DNA from: Methanothrix sp.
GTDB lineage: Archaea > Halobacteriota > Methanosarcinia > Methanotrichales > Methanotrichaceae
Reading direction: 5' to 3'
DNA: 64,000 nucleotides
Assembly (NCBI GenBank): GCA_963682135.1
Contig: OY821645.1
Location: 1,952,001 to 2,016,000, forward strand
In this document: in pieces, positions 17,345 to 26,821 of the stretch
Layout: every line of letters starts with the position of its first letter
How positions within the stretch are numbered: the first letter of the stretch is position 1
The notes under the pieces: generated by a model
Databases searched by the model: none
Told to the model about the DNA's origin: nothing
What the model saw: only the letters and a program-made list of their open reading frames with translations
Program-made: the position numbers and the translations under genes

Positions 17345-18841
17345 TCAGGCAGTCGCGGCTTGCGTCAGCCTGTTTTTCACAAATTCTCTCTCCAGGCTGG
17401 CCAGGAACCATCCTACCTTGGGGCCCTGCCGGTCGCCCAGGAATGCCAGATAGATGGCCTGGAAGAACTTCTTGGAGTCGAGTCCCTGTTCTTTGGCCAC
17501 GGCATAGACCAGTTCGTGAATCTCGGCTGCCGTCTTATCATCCAACTGCTCGGCCAGGATGCCCAGGCCCTTCCTCTCTTCGGGCGTGAGATTCTTAACG
17601 GCTGAGGGAAGCGTCTCTTGCACCTGGAACTTGACATAGGCGGGCGCATATTTGTCCAGCCACGTCTGCACATTTCTGGCCCGGCCCAGGATCTCCTCGC
17701 GTCTCGTGATGACATCGTAGCCGGATCTCTTCAGGGCCACGAAGAGACCATCCTCGTCGCCGCGAGCGATCTGCACTGCCGTTACCATGTGGCGGAAGGG
17801 AATCTCAAAGGGCCCGCTCTTGGTTGGATTGGATAGCTGTATGGCTCTCTCATCACCTTTTCTCTGGTCGTACTCATCCACCAGGGAGAGGAGCGGCAGT
17901 CCGGGGTCAAACTCGATATGCTTCTCGGGCTTGTTGCGGATGATCAGGTAGCGCAGGACCTCGGGTGGCACCACGTCCAGCATCTCCTGGATGGTGACCA
18001 CAATTCCCGTAGAGCTGTGCATGGCGCCCACGCCCTTGAGATGGATCCACTCATAGACCATGGGGAAGGGAGCCGGGTAGCCGTAGATCTCCTCGCTGAT
18101 GCGCTTACCAGTGTCGTAGGAGCCGCCGGATGTGGCGTGGTCCTTGCCGAAGGGCTCGACAGTAACCTTGAAAATTGGCCAGCGAGCCGGCCAGTCCACC
18201 CTCCAGACCAGCTTTCCTCCGCCGCTCATGGAGACGGTGCCCCGCGAGCCGCAGGAGCACTCGTAGTCCACCGTCTCAGCCTCCAGATCAAAGCCCGTAA
18301 CTTTGGTTGTGTTGGTGCGGCCGCAGGTGGGGCAGATGGCATCAAAGGGGCTCCAGCCCTCCGGGACATCGCGGCCCGAGACCTCTTTGAGAATGCGGGC
18401 GATGTCGTCCTTGCGCTGCAAGGCCGTCTTGATGGCCTCATTGTACTTGCCTTCCTTGTAGAGCACATCGGCGCGGTAGACCTGGGGCTTGATGCCCAGC
18501 CGCTCCATGCTCTTCAAAAAAGGTTGCAGAAAATGGTCGGCGTAGCTGGCGCAGCATCCCTTGGGGCAAGGGATCTCGGACAGGGGCTTTCCGATGTGTT
18601 CGGTGAAGCTCTCCGGCAGGAAGGGGTAGAGCCTGCGCAGGCGGTCGTAGGTGTCGGCGATGTAGATGAGCTTTGCCTCCACACCCCGGTCCAGGAGAGC
18701 GCGGTAGACGGCCTCTGCTGTCATGACCTCGCGCATATTTCCGATATGAACCGGCCCCGACGGGGTTATGCCCGTGGCAATGGTGTGCGGGCCGCTCTTC
18801 TCAAGCTTCTCGGCGATGACGTCAGCCCAATGAATAGACAT
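17345..18841 (-). CDS. lysS: Lysine--tRNA ligase, class I
   Basis: HWAD, GITPSGPVHIGN, WRVDWPARW, EPFGKDH and MHSSTG. Confidence 0.96.
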   Translation of the reverse strand: MSIHWADVIAEKLEKSGPHTIATGITPSGPVHIGNMREVMTAEAVYRALLDRGVEAKLIYIADTYDRLRRLYPFLPESFTEHIGKPLSEIPCPKGCCASYADHFLQPFLKSMERLGIKPQVYRADVLYKEGKYNEAIKTALQRKDDIARILKEVSGRDVPEGWSPFDAICPTCGRTNTTKVTGFDLEAETVDYECSCGSRGTVSMSGGGKLVWRVDWPARWPIFKVTVEPFGKDHATSGGSYDTGKRISEEIYGYPAPFPMVYEWIHLKGVGAMHSSTGIVVTIQEMLDVVPPEVLRYLIIRNKPEKHIEFDPGLPLLSLVDEYDQRKGDERAIQLSNPTKSGPFEIPFRHMVTAVQIARGDEDGLFVALKRSGYDVITRREEILGRARNVQTWLDKYAPAYVKFQVQETLPSAVKNLTPEERKGLGILAEQLDDKTAAEIHELVYAVAKEQGLDSKKFFQAIYLAFLGDRQGPKVGWFLASLEREFVKNRLTQAATA

Positions 18842-18948
18842 AACCATCAATCGCGTAGGGAAACAAATATTAATCTTCCGCCGTAATGGAGTCAAACCTC
18901 AAAGGGAAACAACAAAGTTAAAATATTTAGATTCAGATAGGTACCACT

Positions 18949-19386
18949 ATGGCCCGACCCGAGCTCGACGATTATTTCATGGAGATTGCAAAAGTAGTGG
19001 CTAGCAGGTCAACATGCTTGCGAAGAAAGGCTGGCGCAGTATTGGTCAAGGATAAGAGAATTCTATCAACAGGATACAACGGCGTGCCAAAAGGATTGCC
19101 ACATTGCGAGGATACAGGCTGCCCACGGGCTGAATATCCCAGCGGCACTCATCATGAACTTTGTCGAGCGGTGCACTCAGAACAGAATGCCATTGTCCAG
19201 GCGGCTATACATGGAGTCTGCATAGAAGGAGCGACTCTTTACTGCACTCATCAGCCTTGTACGCTATGCGCAAAAATGCTTATAAATGCTGGGATAAAGC
19301 GAGTGGTTTATCGCGAAGATTATCCCGATGACGGCTCCCTTAAATTTTTTAGGCAAGCGAGCATCGTTATTATCAAATTAGAATAA
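18949..19386 (+). CDS. Deoxycytidylate (dCMP) deaminase
   Basis: YFMEIA..VA.RSTCLR, STGYNG, HSEQNA and PCTLC. Confidence 0.92.
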   Translation: MARPELDDYFMEIAKVVASRSTCLRRKAGAVLVKDKRILSTGYNGVPKGLPHCEDTGCPRAEYPSGTHHELCRAVHSEQNAIVQAAIHGVCIEGATLYCTHQPCTLCAKMLINAGIKRVVYREDYPDDGSLKFFRQASIVIIKLE

Positions 19387-19450
19387 ATATTAAATCTGAT
19401 CCGTTTTTGACACTCAGGTGGGAAGAGATTAATGACAAATAGTTCCTTAA

Positions 19451-20014
19451 TTAAACAGCGGTAACTAATTCGCATTTATCAAGCAAATCTACCGCATTTT
19501 TTGCTTCATCACGGCTAATGTGCCACCCAAGCACTTTTGCCTCTTCCAGTATTTCTGAAATAGCCAATGATCGACCCTGGCGAATCAATATATTGTGCAT
19601 CTTTGCAGCTATGGAGAGGTTCTTATAGTCATGTTCTACTCCGATTTCTTTTAACTGAGATAGTATGCATACAAGTTTTTCAGTCAGGATGGGATTTTCC
19701 TTTTCGATTGCCTCCGCAATTTTACTACCTGTTTCTGTTAAAGAATAAATGTATTTTCTTGGCTCAAACGTCACACTAAAATCAAATGATACATATTCCC
19801 GAACTTCCTCTTTAATGATGCCACAAGACTTCAGGCTTGCCAATGAATCAGCAATTTCTCTGCTATATGGCCCGTAATAATATGGAGAAAACTCAATATC
19901 TAAGTTCACTTTTACATTTAAGAAGTATGCAGTCTTTTGCAGCAAAGTCCTTCCTGCAATCATTTGCTCTTCGCTGTGAGATAACATTATCAATATTAAA
20001 TCTTCAGCATTCAT
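19451..20014 (-). CDS. YwgA/SocA-like winged-helix protein
   Basis: GRTLLQKTAYFL, FSPYYYGPYSREI and YSLTETG. Overlaps the HD gene stop. AT-rich. Confidence 0.7.
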   Translation of the reverse strand: MNAEDLILIMLSHSEEQMIAGRTLLQKTAYFLNVKVNLDIEFSPYYYGPYSREIADSLASLKSCGIIKEEVREYVSFDFSVTFEPRKYIYSLTETGSKIAEAIEKENPILTEKLVCILSQLKEIGVEHDYKNLSIAAKMHNILIRQGRSLAISEILEEAKVLGWHISRDEAKNAVDLLDKCELVTAV

Positions 20015-21347
20015 TTAACACATCACCGATTGCATTGAGTATTTCATCATGTTTCCTTAGTATAAAAGTCTGCCGTTCGCTTTGCACAGATATTTTATCT
20101 AATGGGGCGTATATATATAACAGTTGTCTTGTGGGATCTATCGATGGATTCTGGAAAATCTCTGAAACATCAGACAAAAATTTCTTTTGGCTTTTGGAGT
20201 TTTTAACCATTATTCCTTGCATATTTATATCAACACTATAGTTTTTAAATGTAGGATTACTGTTTGTTTGCTTATCTATAATTATAAAATCTTGAGGTAC
20301 ATCTATTATATGTGAAACTTCATAGGCTATATTAGATAATTGCTCATTTGAAGCTTTTAATACGTTCCTTAATAATATGCTGTCATTAAAATTTTCTTGG
20401 TTGATTTCAATTTTAAATATTTGTTTAAATAATTTTCGTTGAGATATGCGCTCTAAATATTCCTTTGCCAAATCTTCGCTTTCATGGATTATCAACTCTA
20501 TCAAGTGATAGTCCTTATATTTGACATATTTATTTAGGTAGTCTACACTATCCTTAAATTTTACCAAATCATTTACCTCTTTTATATTTTCATTAATTGC
20601 ATACTCTACACCTTTCACGAGCATGGCATCAGTAATACGTCGAATTCTATGCTTATATACCTGAATATTCATATGATATTTCGCGAGCAATAGCTGTTCT
20701 ATCGAGTGTATTCCATCTTCATTAATCCCTAACTCATTTTCCTTGCTGCTAATTTCTATTTTTATTAAGCTATCTATAATTTTATCTAAGTCGAATGATC
20801 CATATTTCACCCCCGCAAAATAGCTATCTCTTTGAAGATAGTCAAATTTATCTACATCCATCGGCCCAGATATTATATCTTTTACTACAGATCGTTCATT
20901 TTTTTGCAGGAGTGTGATTATTTGTTCTTGATCCTCTAAAGAAATTATGCCTCTAAGCTCATCATTTTCTTTTATTAAACGCATTGTAATTAATTCATGC
21001 ACACTTTCTGCTCTGTAAGCTTCCAAAACAGATCTATCAACATACTTGTCCATAATTTGCTCCAATACGTGAGAAAAGGGACCATGACCTATATCATGCA
21101 ATAGTCCTGTCAATCTAAGAATACGTATTTGACCTTCATTTATATCCAAAATTTTGCCCACCCTCCCACATAAATGCATAACGCCGATCGAGTGTTCAAA
21201 CCTCGTATGATGTGCTCCAGGATACACAAGAAACGCCAATGCTAGCTGCTTTATGCCTCTCAATCTCTGAAATACTTGGGAATTTATTATTTTTTCTTCC
21301 AAATCGCCATATTGAACTAAACCATACAATGGGTCCCTGATCTCCAT
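20004..21347 (-). CDS. HD-domain phosphohydrolase, SAMHD1/YwfO-like putative dNTP triphosphohydrolase
   Basis: IRDPLYG, FQRLRGIKQL, HTRFEHSIGV, LLHDIGHGPFSH, DVDKFDYLQRD and VYKH. AT-rich. Confidence 0.88.
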   Translation of the reverse strand: MEIRDPLYGLVQYGDLEEKIINSQVFQRLRGIKQLALAFLVYPGAHHTRFEHSIGVMHLCGRVGKILDINEGQIRILRLTGLLHDIGHGPFSHVLEQIMDKYVDRSVLEAYRAESVHELITMRLIKENDELRGIISLEDQEQIITLLQKNERSVVKDIISGPMDVDKFDYLQRDSYFAGVKYGSFDLDKIIDSLIKIEISSKENELGINEDGIHSIEQLLLAKYHMNIQVYKHRIRRITDAMLVKGVEYAINENIKEVNDLVKFKDSVDYLNKYVKYKDYHLIELIIHESEDLAKEYLERISQRKLFKQIFKIEINQENFNDSILLRNVLKASNEQLSNIAYEVSHIIDVPQDFIIIDKQTNSNPTFKNYSVDINMQGIMVKNSKSQKKFLSDVSEIFQNPSIDPTRQLLYIYAPLDKISVQSERQTFILRKHDEILNAIGDVLNEC

Positions 21348-21546
21348 TTGAATCCTCCCTGAAATAGTATTTATATTATTTATAAATGGACGAAGAAATG
21401 CATATCTTATTCATACATCTTTCGCATAAAGCATTTTTCGCTAATAGTGCAAAACTTAAATATATTCAGTGCATTTATTGTGCAGAACTCGATATGTAAA
21501 AGGTAATAATTAAATTGATATTGCATGATAATCGGAGCAGACTATA

Positions 21547-22155
21547 ATGAGACCCTCAGAAAAGCTTAAATTTGATGATAAATCCCATCCGGAAGGTGTT
21601 ATTGAAATTTACTCGAATCTAGTAACGTATGAGCAGCATTTTAATGAAATACAGAGCAGATATCGCAGTTTAGCATCCACATGGCTTTTGGCAACATTTG
21701 CGGGAATTGGCTTCATATTAAGTGAAAAATTGAATATGACAATTCCTATAGATCTTATAATTTCATTGATTGCAGTTGCTGGTGGTATTGGAATTTACCT
21801 TCTGTGGAACTTGGATCATATGGTCTATCATAGATTATTAGAATCGGCGTTCGTTGAATGCTTTAAATTAGAGAATAAATATAATATACTTCCTAAAGTG
21901 GCGCATAATATGAGAACAATGCAAGAAGATGGAATAGGAGTCCCGTCTCGAATTCTATTGTTCTATCTGGTACCACAATTTGTATTATATCTGACCGCGA
22001 TTTATTCATATCTTCGCTGGATTGGCCATCTTTATTATAATGTATATTCAATAATTTTTTTGTTGTTGGTAATATTAATTATTATTATCCTGAGAGATAT
22101 GTACACATCGACAAAAAAATCTATTATTTTAATCAATTCCCTCATTAATGAATAG
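21547..22155 (+). CDS. Hypothetical membrane protein (about 4 TM)
   Basis: Two pairs of hydrophobic helices. AT-rich, divergent from the HD gene. Confidence 0.7.
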   Translation: MRPSEKLKFDDKSHPEGVIEIYSNLVTYEQHFNEIQSRYRSLASTWLLATFAGIGFILSEKLNMTIPIDLIISLIAVAGGIGIYLLWNLDHMVYHRLLESAFVECFKLENKYNILPKVAHNMRTMQEDGIGVPSRILLFYLVPQFVLYLTAIYSYLRWIGHLYYNVYSIIFLLLVILIIIILRDMYTSTKKSIILINSLINE

Positions 22156-22227
22156 ATAAAATTAGAACTAAAAAATATAAATTATCAAAATGGACCTTAA
22201 AGATCGGGATAATCATAGATATCTGTC

Positions 22228-22602
22228 TCCACCTGCCTGCGCAATCAGGTTGGTGCGCTCTTTGTCAAGAACAAACGCATTCTCAGCACCGGCTACAACG
22301 GCGCTCCTGCGGGCCTGGATCACTGCGACAACGTGGGCTGCGCACGGGATGGCGTGGCCTCCGGCACCCGCCACGAGCTGTGCCGGGCGGTGCACGCCGA
22401 GCAAAACGCCATCATCCAGGCGGCGCTGCACGGCATCAGCATCGAAGGGGCAACGCTTTACTGCACCCACCAGCCCTGCATCCTCTGCGCCAAGATGATG
22501 ATCAATGCCCGCATTGTCAAAGTCGTCTACCAGCAGAGCTATCCGGATGGCACAGCGCTGGACTTTTTGCAGCAGGCAGGAATAGAAGTAGTAAGGATTT
22601 AG
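22228..22602 (+). pseudogene. 5'-truncated dCMP deaminase
   Basis: The frame reads [25 protein letters not shown]...HAEQNA...PCILC. An in-frame TAG sits at 22216-22218 and the first ~20 codons are missing. Confidence 0.85.
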
Positions 22603-22778
22603 AAATATTTTTTGCAAAATCAAAAAAAGTAGTGCTTTGTTTAGCGGCACAACGTCCATCTTCCGATGTCGTATTCAGATGCAGAGATTCTATACATCAA
22701 CTATATATTAGATAAGTTTATATTCATTGGATCGATCCTACATTGATAAATAATTACAGCTATGGCGGGATCGTTGAG

Positions 22779-25193
22779 ATGCTGAAGATTAACAATCATG
22801 CGGGCACCAAGAGGATTTTTTTATTGCTCATCTCAATGGTGCTATTGTTTTGGGCAGCCCAGGCAGCCACACATTATGTCGCTCCCACCGGCAGCAACGA
22901 AAACTCCGGCAGCATTGAAGAGCCCTGGGCCACCCCCGCCTATGGAGCTAGCCAGCTTCAGCCAGGAGATATGCTGATTATTCGAGAAGGAGACTACATT
23001 CTGCAGGATTATGGCGAAGATAGAATTCTTCCCCAATCGGGCAGCCCGGAGGCCTGGATTACCATCAAGGGAGAGGACGGATCGAGGCCCTCGCTCATCG
23101 GCACCAACAACCTTGCCAACGCTATCGATCTATCCGCAGTGCATTACGTAAAGATCGAGAACCTGGAGATTAAGAGCGACGGAACTAACCCATTTCGCGA
23201 TGCCATAGCCTGCTGGGATCCCGCTTCTAACATCATCCTCAGCAACCTCTACATCCACCAGGTAGATGAATTTGGAATCAATATCCAGGATATCGATGGA
23301 TTAAGGCTCCTGGACAGCAGCATCGAGTACTGCGGCTTTGGTTCCGTAGGAGGAGCAGCGGGAGTTGCTGGCGGCTGGAGGAATGTGCTCATAAAGAACT
23401 GCCGCCTCGCTTACAGCGGCCACTACTATCAGGGCACGCCCGGCCCCTCTCCCTACGACCGTCCGGATGGCTTTGGCATTGAGCCATCCGAGGGGCCTAT
23501 TGAGATTGCAGATACCACATCAACTCACAATCGCGGCGATGGTCTGGACTCCAAAGCGGATCGAACCTACATCCACCATTGCATTGTGAGCCACAATTCC
23601 TGCGACGGGATCAAGATTTGGGGCGATGAGACCGTCATCGAGAACTGTCTGGTATACGATACAGGCGACGGCGATACCAGCCCCACCCCCTGGTCGGGAC
23701 TGGTGGCGCACTCCACCGTTCCCAATGCCAGGTTTACGATAGCCAGCACCGTCGTGGTCGATAATCCCGAGAGACAGGGATACCCCATGCATGTCCAGTA
23801 CGATGACCGAGATGTGCCCATCCAGCTCGCCATGAAGAACTGTATAATCTCTCATGGAGAAGGCGCGCTCTGGATAGGACCATCTGTAATATTTACATTG
23901 GACAATAACCTGTTCTATCGACCGCAGTCGGATGCACCGGTAGTGGTCGGCAATCAAGGCTACACCTCCGCCCAAATAGAAGCCGGCGCCCTAGGACCAG
24001 GCAACCTTGCCCGCGATCCCCTGTTCGTTGATTATGGCTCTGCCGACCCCTCAGGCTACCAGCTTCAGGAGACAAGCCCTGCAGTAGATTCCGGAATAGC
24101 TCAAGGAGCACCAAAAGACGACCTTTTGCACAGACCTAGACCTGCAGGACTTGGCTACGACATGGGATGCTTCGAAAACCAGCCGTCGGGCTGGAGCTCT
24201 CTCGGGGGCTACATAACCAGCAGTCTGAGCGCAATTGTGGACAGCATGGGCCAAACAGAAATCTGGGTAAAAGGTGGAGATGATTCACTTTGGGTCAACA
24301 TAGACGGGTCCTGGTATGGAAAGGGAGGCTTCTTAACATCAGACCCCTTCGCAGTCAAGGATTACAACGGCAAGGTGCACGTCCTGGTTCGTGGAGGAGA
24401 CGGCAGTGTTTGGGACTTCATATATGATCCCGCACTGGACACGGGACACTGGAAATGTCTGGGCGGATATATCACGCAAATGCCTACTGCGGCACAAGAT
24501 CCAGTGAATCACGACATCATGAGGGTTGCAGTAATTGGTGGAGATAATGCCTTGTGGATTTGCGACCTTGACATAAATTCCGAGACCTACGTTTGGGCTT
24601 CTCTGGGGGGGAGGCTGACAGCGCGTCCGTACATCCTTTTTGATCCTTCCGGCAAAGAGCACATACTGGTTCGTGGAGGCGATAATGCATTGTGGGATAA
24701 GAAAGGAGTGTGGAGTGGATCATCGTATACAAGAACCTGGAGTTCATTGGGTGGCTACCTGGCCAATGCACCGATCGCCACAATACAACCGGGTGTAAAT
24801 AATCATATAGCAGTCTTTGTTAAGGGCGGTGACAATGCATTATGGATGTGCGATGTGCTCTCAGACAGCGGGCCAGGGATTGGCACCTGGTACGGACTTG
24901 GCGGAGTCATTAGCTCGGATCCGTTTGTTATTGCAGATCCATCTGTCGGCAAAATACATGCATTTGTGCGCGGCAGCGATTCGGCTTTATGGGAGAACAT
25001 ATTTACCACATCTCCCTGGAATCCTGGAGGAAATCAGTGGCAAGGCATTGGCGGATCGATATTAACTCACACACCAGGGGCATTTATCGCGAGCAACACC
25101 CTGGCATTTGTCATCGGAACCGATCATGCTCTGTGGCGAAATGCGCATACTACATTTTCCGCCAATTCAGATCTGTTAAAATTTGACACCTAA
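22779..25193 (+). CDS. Secreted parallel beta-helix protein with C-terminal 7-repeat lectin-like beta-propeller
   Basis: Signal peptide, THYVAPTG...PW N-terminus, beta-helix repeats, SPAVDSG...DMGCFE linker and seven W-x-x-[LKI]-GG repeats. Confidence 0.8.
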   Translation: MLKINNHAGTKRIFLLLISMVLLFWAAQAATHYVAPTGSNENSGSIEEPWATPAYGASQLQPGDMLIIREGDYILQDYGEDRILPQSGSPEAWITIKGEDGSRPSLIGTNNLANAIDLSAVHYVKIENLEIKSDGTNPFRDAIACWDPASNIILSNLYIHQVDEFGINIQDIDGLRLLDSSIEYCGFGSVGGAAGVAGGWRNVLIKNCRLAYSGHYYQGTPGPSPYDRPDGFGIEPSEGPIEIADTTSTHNRGDGLDSKADRTYIHHCIVSHNSCDGIKIWGDETVIENCLVYDTGDGDTSPTPWSGLVAHSTVPNARFTIASTVVVDNPERQGYPMHVQYDDRDVPIQLAMKNCIISHGEGALWIGPSVIFTLDNNLFYRPQSDAPVVVGNQGYTSAQIEAGALGPGNLARDPLFVDYGSADPSGYQLQETSPAVDSGIAQGAPKDDLLHRPRPAGLGYDMGCFENQPSGWSSLGGYITSSLSAIVDSMGQTEIWVKGGDDSLWVNIDGSWYGKGGFLTSDPFAVKDYNGKVHVLVRGGDGSVWDFIYDPALDTGHWKCLGGYITQMPTAAQDPVNHDIMRVAVIGGDNALWICDLDINSETYVWASLGGRLTARPYILFDPSGKEHILVRGGDNALWDKKGVWSGSSYTRTWSSLGGYLANAPIATIQPGVNNHIAVFVKGGDNALWMCDVLSDSGPGIGTWYGLGGVISSDPFVIADPSVGKIHAFVRGSDSALWENIFTTSPWNPGGNQWQGIGGSILTHTPGAFIASNTLAFVIGTDHALWRNAHTTFSANSDLLKFDT

Positions 25194-25219
25194 GTTGTAC
25201 TCAATCGTCTATATGATTC

Positions 25220-25522
25220 ATGATGACCTTAGAAGGATCTATGGTCTGGAAGGAAATAAGTGCAATATGGTTCATATCGATTGTGATCATGCTGGCGCTG
25301 CCTACTGTAGGCGCAACTAAAGCCACCATCTCGGAATTGAAGTCCACAATATCGTCATTCGATGATCCTCGCATGAATGCAGAGGATCTGGCCTTCTACC
25401 TGGTAACTCATGAATTCGATGCAAAACCCAAAGAAGGATATGTAGAGGTTGGCTTAGAGGGTCGAATGTGCAAGCTCACCCCCAACGGTCCGGCTCCTGG
25501 ACTCTGCACCATTACCATCTAA
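25220..25522 (+). CDS. Small secreted hypothetical protein
   Basis: Signal-like N-terminus, LAFYLVTH.FDA.P motif and two Cys. Confidence 0.6.
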   Translation: MMTLEGSMVWKEISAIWFISIVIMLALPTVGATKATISELKSTISSFDDPRMNAEDLAFYLVTHEFDAKPKEGYVEVGLEGRMCKLTPNGPAPGLCTITI

Positions 25523-25673
25523 AGACGCGCCCGGCTTGCCCGGCAAGACCCCAGTGCTGCCTTCCAGGCCACTCCCTCCTCCTTTTGGCCAAACAAAGGG
25601 AAAAAGATTGGTCGGAATATACTATCCTCCAGGCAAAAAGCTAATAATACAGATTTAATAAAAAAGTAACTAT

Positions 25674-26519
25674 TTAAACTAGTGGCCGAGGCTGTTTTTC
25701 CTCAGGCAAGACCGGCAGCTGCATAGTGTTTATCAGAAGCGGCTGCTCTACATCCTTAGCCCTTTCCACCAGCAGTTCCTTGCCCCAACGAGTCAGGCCA
25801 AAGAGAGGCACGGCTGTTCCCACCTGCACCAGAGGCTTTACTTGCTCACGAATATGCTTGGAAGCGCAGCTGGTAACAATATCGGCTACCGCCAAGAGCC
25901 TGGATGCCTCATCAGGGCTTATGCCGGTAAGGTGAACGCCGATTATCATGATCTTTACCCCGGCCGCCTTCTCCAGCACGCGCAGCTTCTCCGCAGACGA
26001 GCCATCGGCCACCGTGACGGCAAATTTTTTGAATCCGGCAGCTACGGCATAGGTTGCACCTTCTATCTGGTCGATCTTGCCATCCTGGGCAGAGAGTACA
26101 TGCCCGCCTCGGGCCCGGATGCCTTCTATAACCTCCGGTATAGGATCGGTTATTAATAGTCCTGATAGGTAGCCGCCCATACCCTGAACGAGATCTGCAT
26201 TATCGGTTATCACGCTGCCCGCCCCATCGCAAACCGTAACCGCTGCGTCGATAATTCCTGCCTTCATGCCGGTCATCATGGACTCGGAAGCCCCAAAGCC
26301 CACAAAGGTATCCATCTGCAGCTTGCGTCGCGCCGAGAACATGCCGTGAGTTTTTATTCTAAACTCCATATTTGCCGCAGCAGATTCGGCAGTCACCTTT
26401 TTTATCCCTCTGATCTTCTCGAAGAGCGGACACCACTCAATCAAGGGCTCGCTGGCATTCTGCACCTTTTCGCCTTCCACTTTGACGCGAGATTTGCCCA
26501 ATAGTTCCATTATGTGCAT
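25674..26519 (-). CDS. Methanogenesis marker protein 8 (DUF2099)
   Basis: HIMELLGK.RV, CPLF, ANMEFRI..GM, FVGFGASE, CDGAG, VQGMGG, VHLTG and TSCASK. Confidence 0.85.
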   Translation of the reverse strand: MHIMELLGKSRVKVEGEKVQNASEPLIEWCPLFEKIRGIKKVTAESAAANMEFRIKTHGMFSARRKLQMDTFVGFGASESMMTGMKAGIIDAAVTVCDGAGSVITDNADLVQGMGGYLSGLLITDPIPEVIEGIRARGGHVLSAQDGKIDQIEGATYAVAAGFKKFAVTVADGSSAEKLRVLEKAAGVKIMIIGVHLTGISPDEASRLLAVADIVTSCASKHIREQVKPLVQVGTAVPLFGLTRWGKELLVERAKDVEQPLLINTMQLPVLPEEKQPRPLV

Positions 26520-26821
26520 TTAGTCCTCCGGGTAAAAGTAGACCCATCGCTTGGATTTTGCCTTTGTGTCTCCCCTTTTATCATCTTAGAAGCTGACGGA
26601 GCTGGCCGACCGAGTGCTCTGCTCTCTGCCAAGCACTATATTTGCTCGCGGGCTCAGTCTGCATGCCTGGGCCCCATGATTTGGCAAGACATCATGTCTT
26701 TGCGATTTTCGCTGGAAAGACTTCTGACAGGATATTCTGCAAATGTGATCTGATCAGACCATAGATCTCGACAGATTCCCGCTTTGCATCGCCTGCCGCT
26801 TTGTGATCAACTCGCGCCTCT

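Noticed and set aside
22190-22498. ATG ORF that might frameshift into the second deaminase
   Set aside because: [11 protein letters not shown] is not homologous to a deaminase N-terminus and there is no slippery site. Truncation is more parsimonious.
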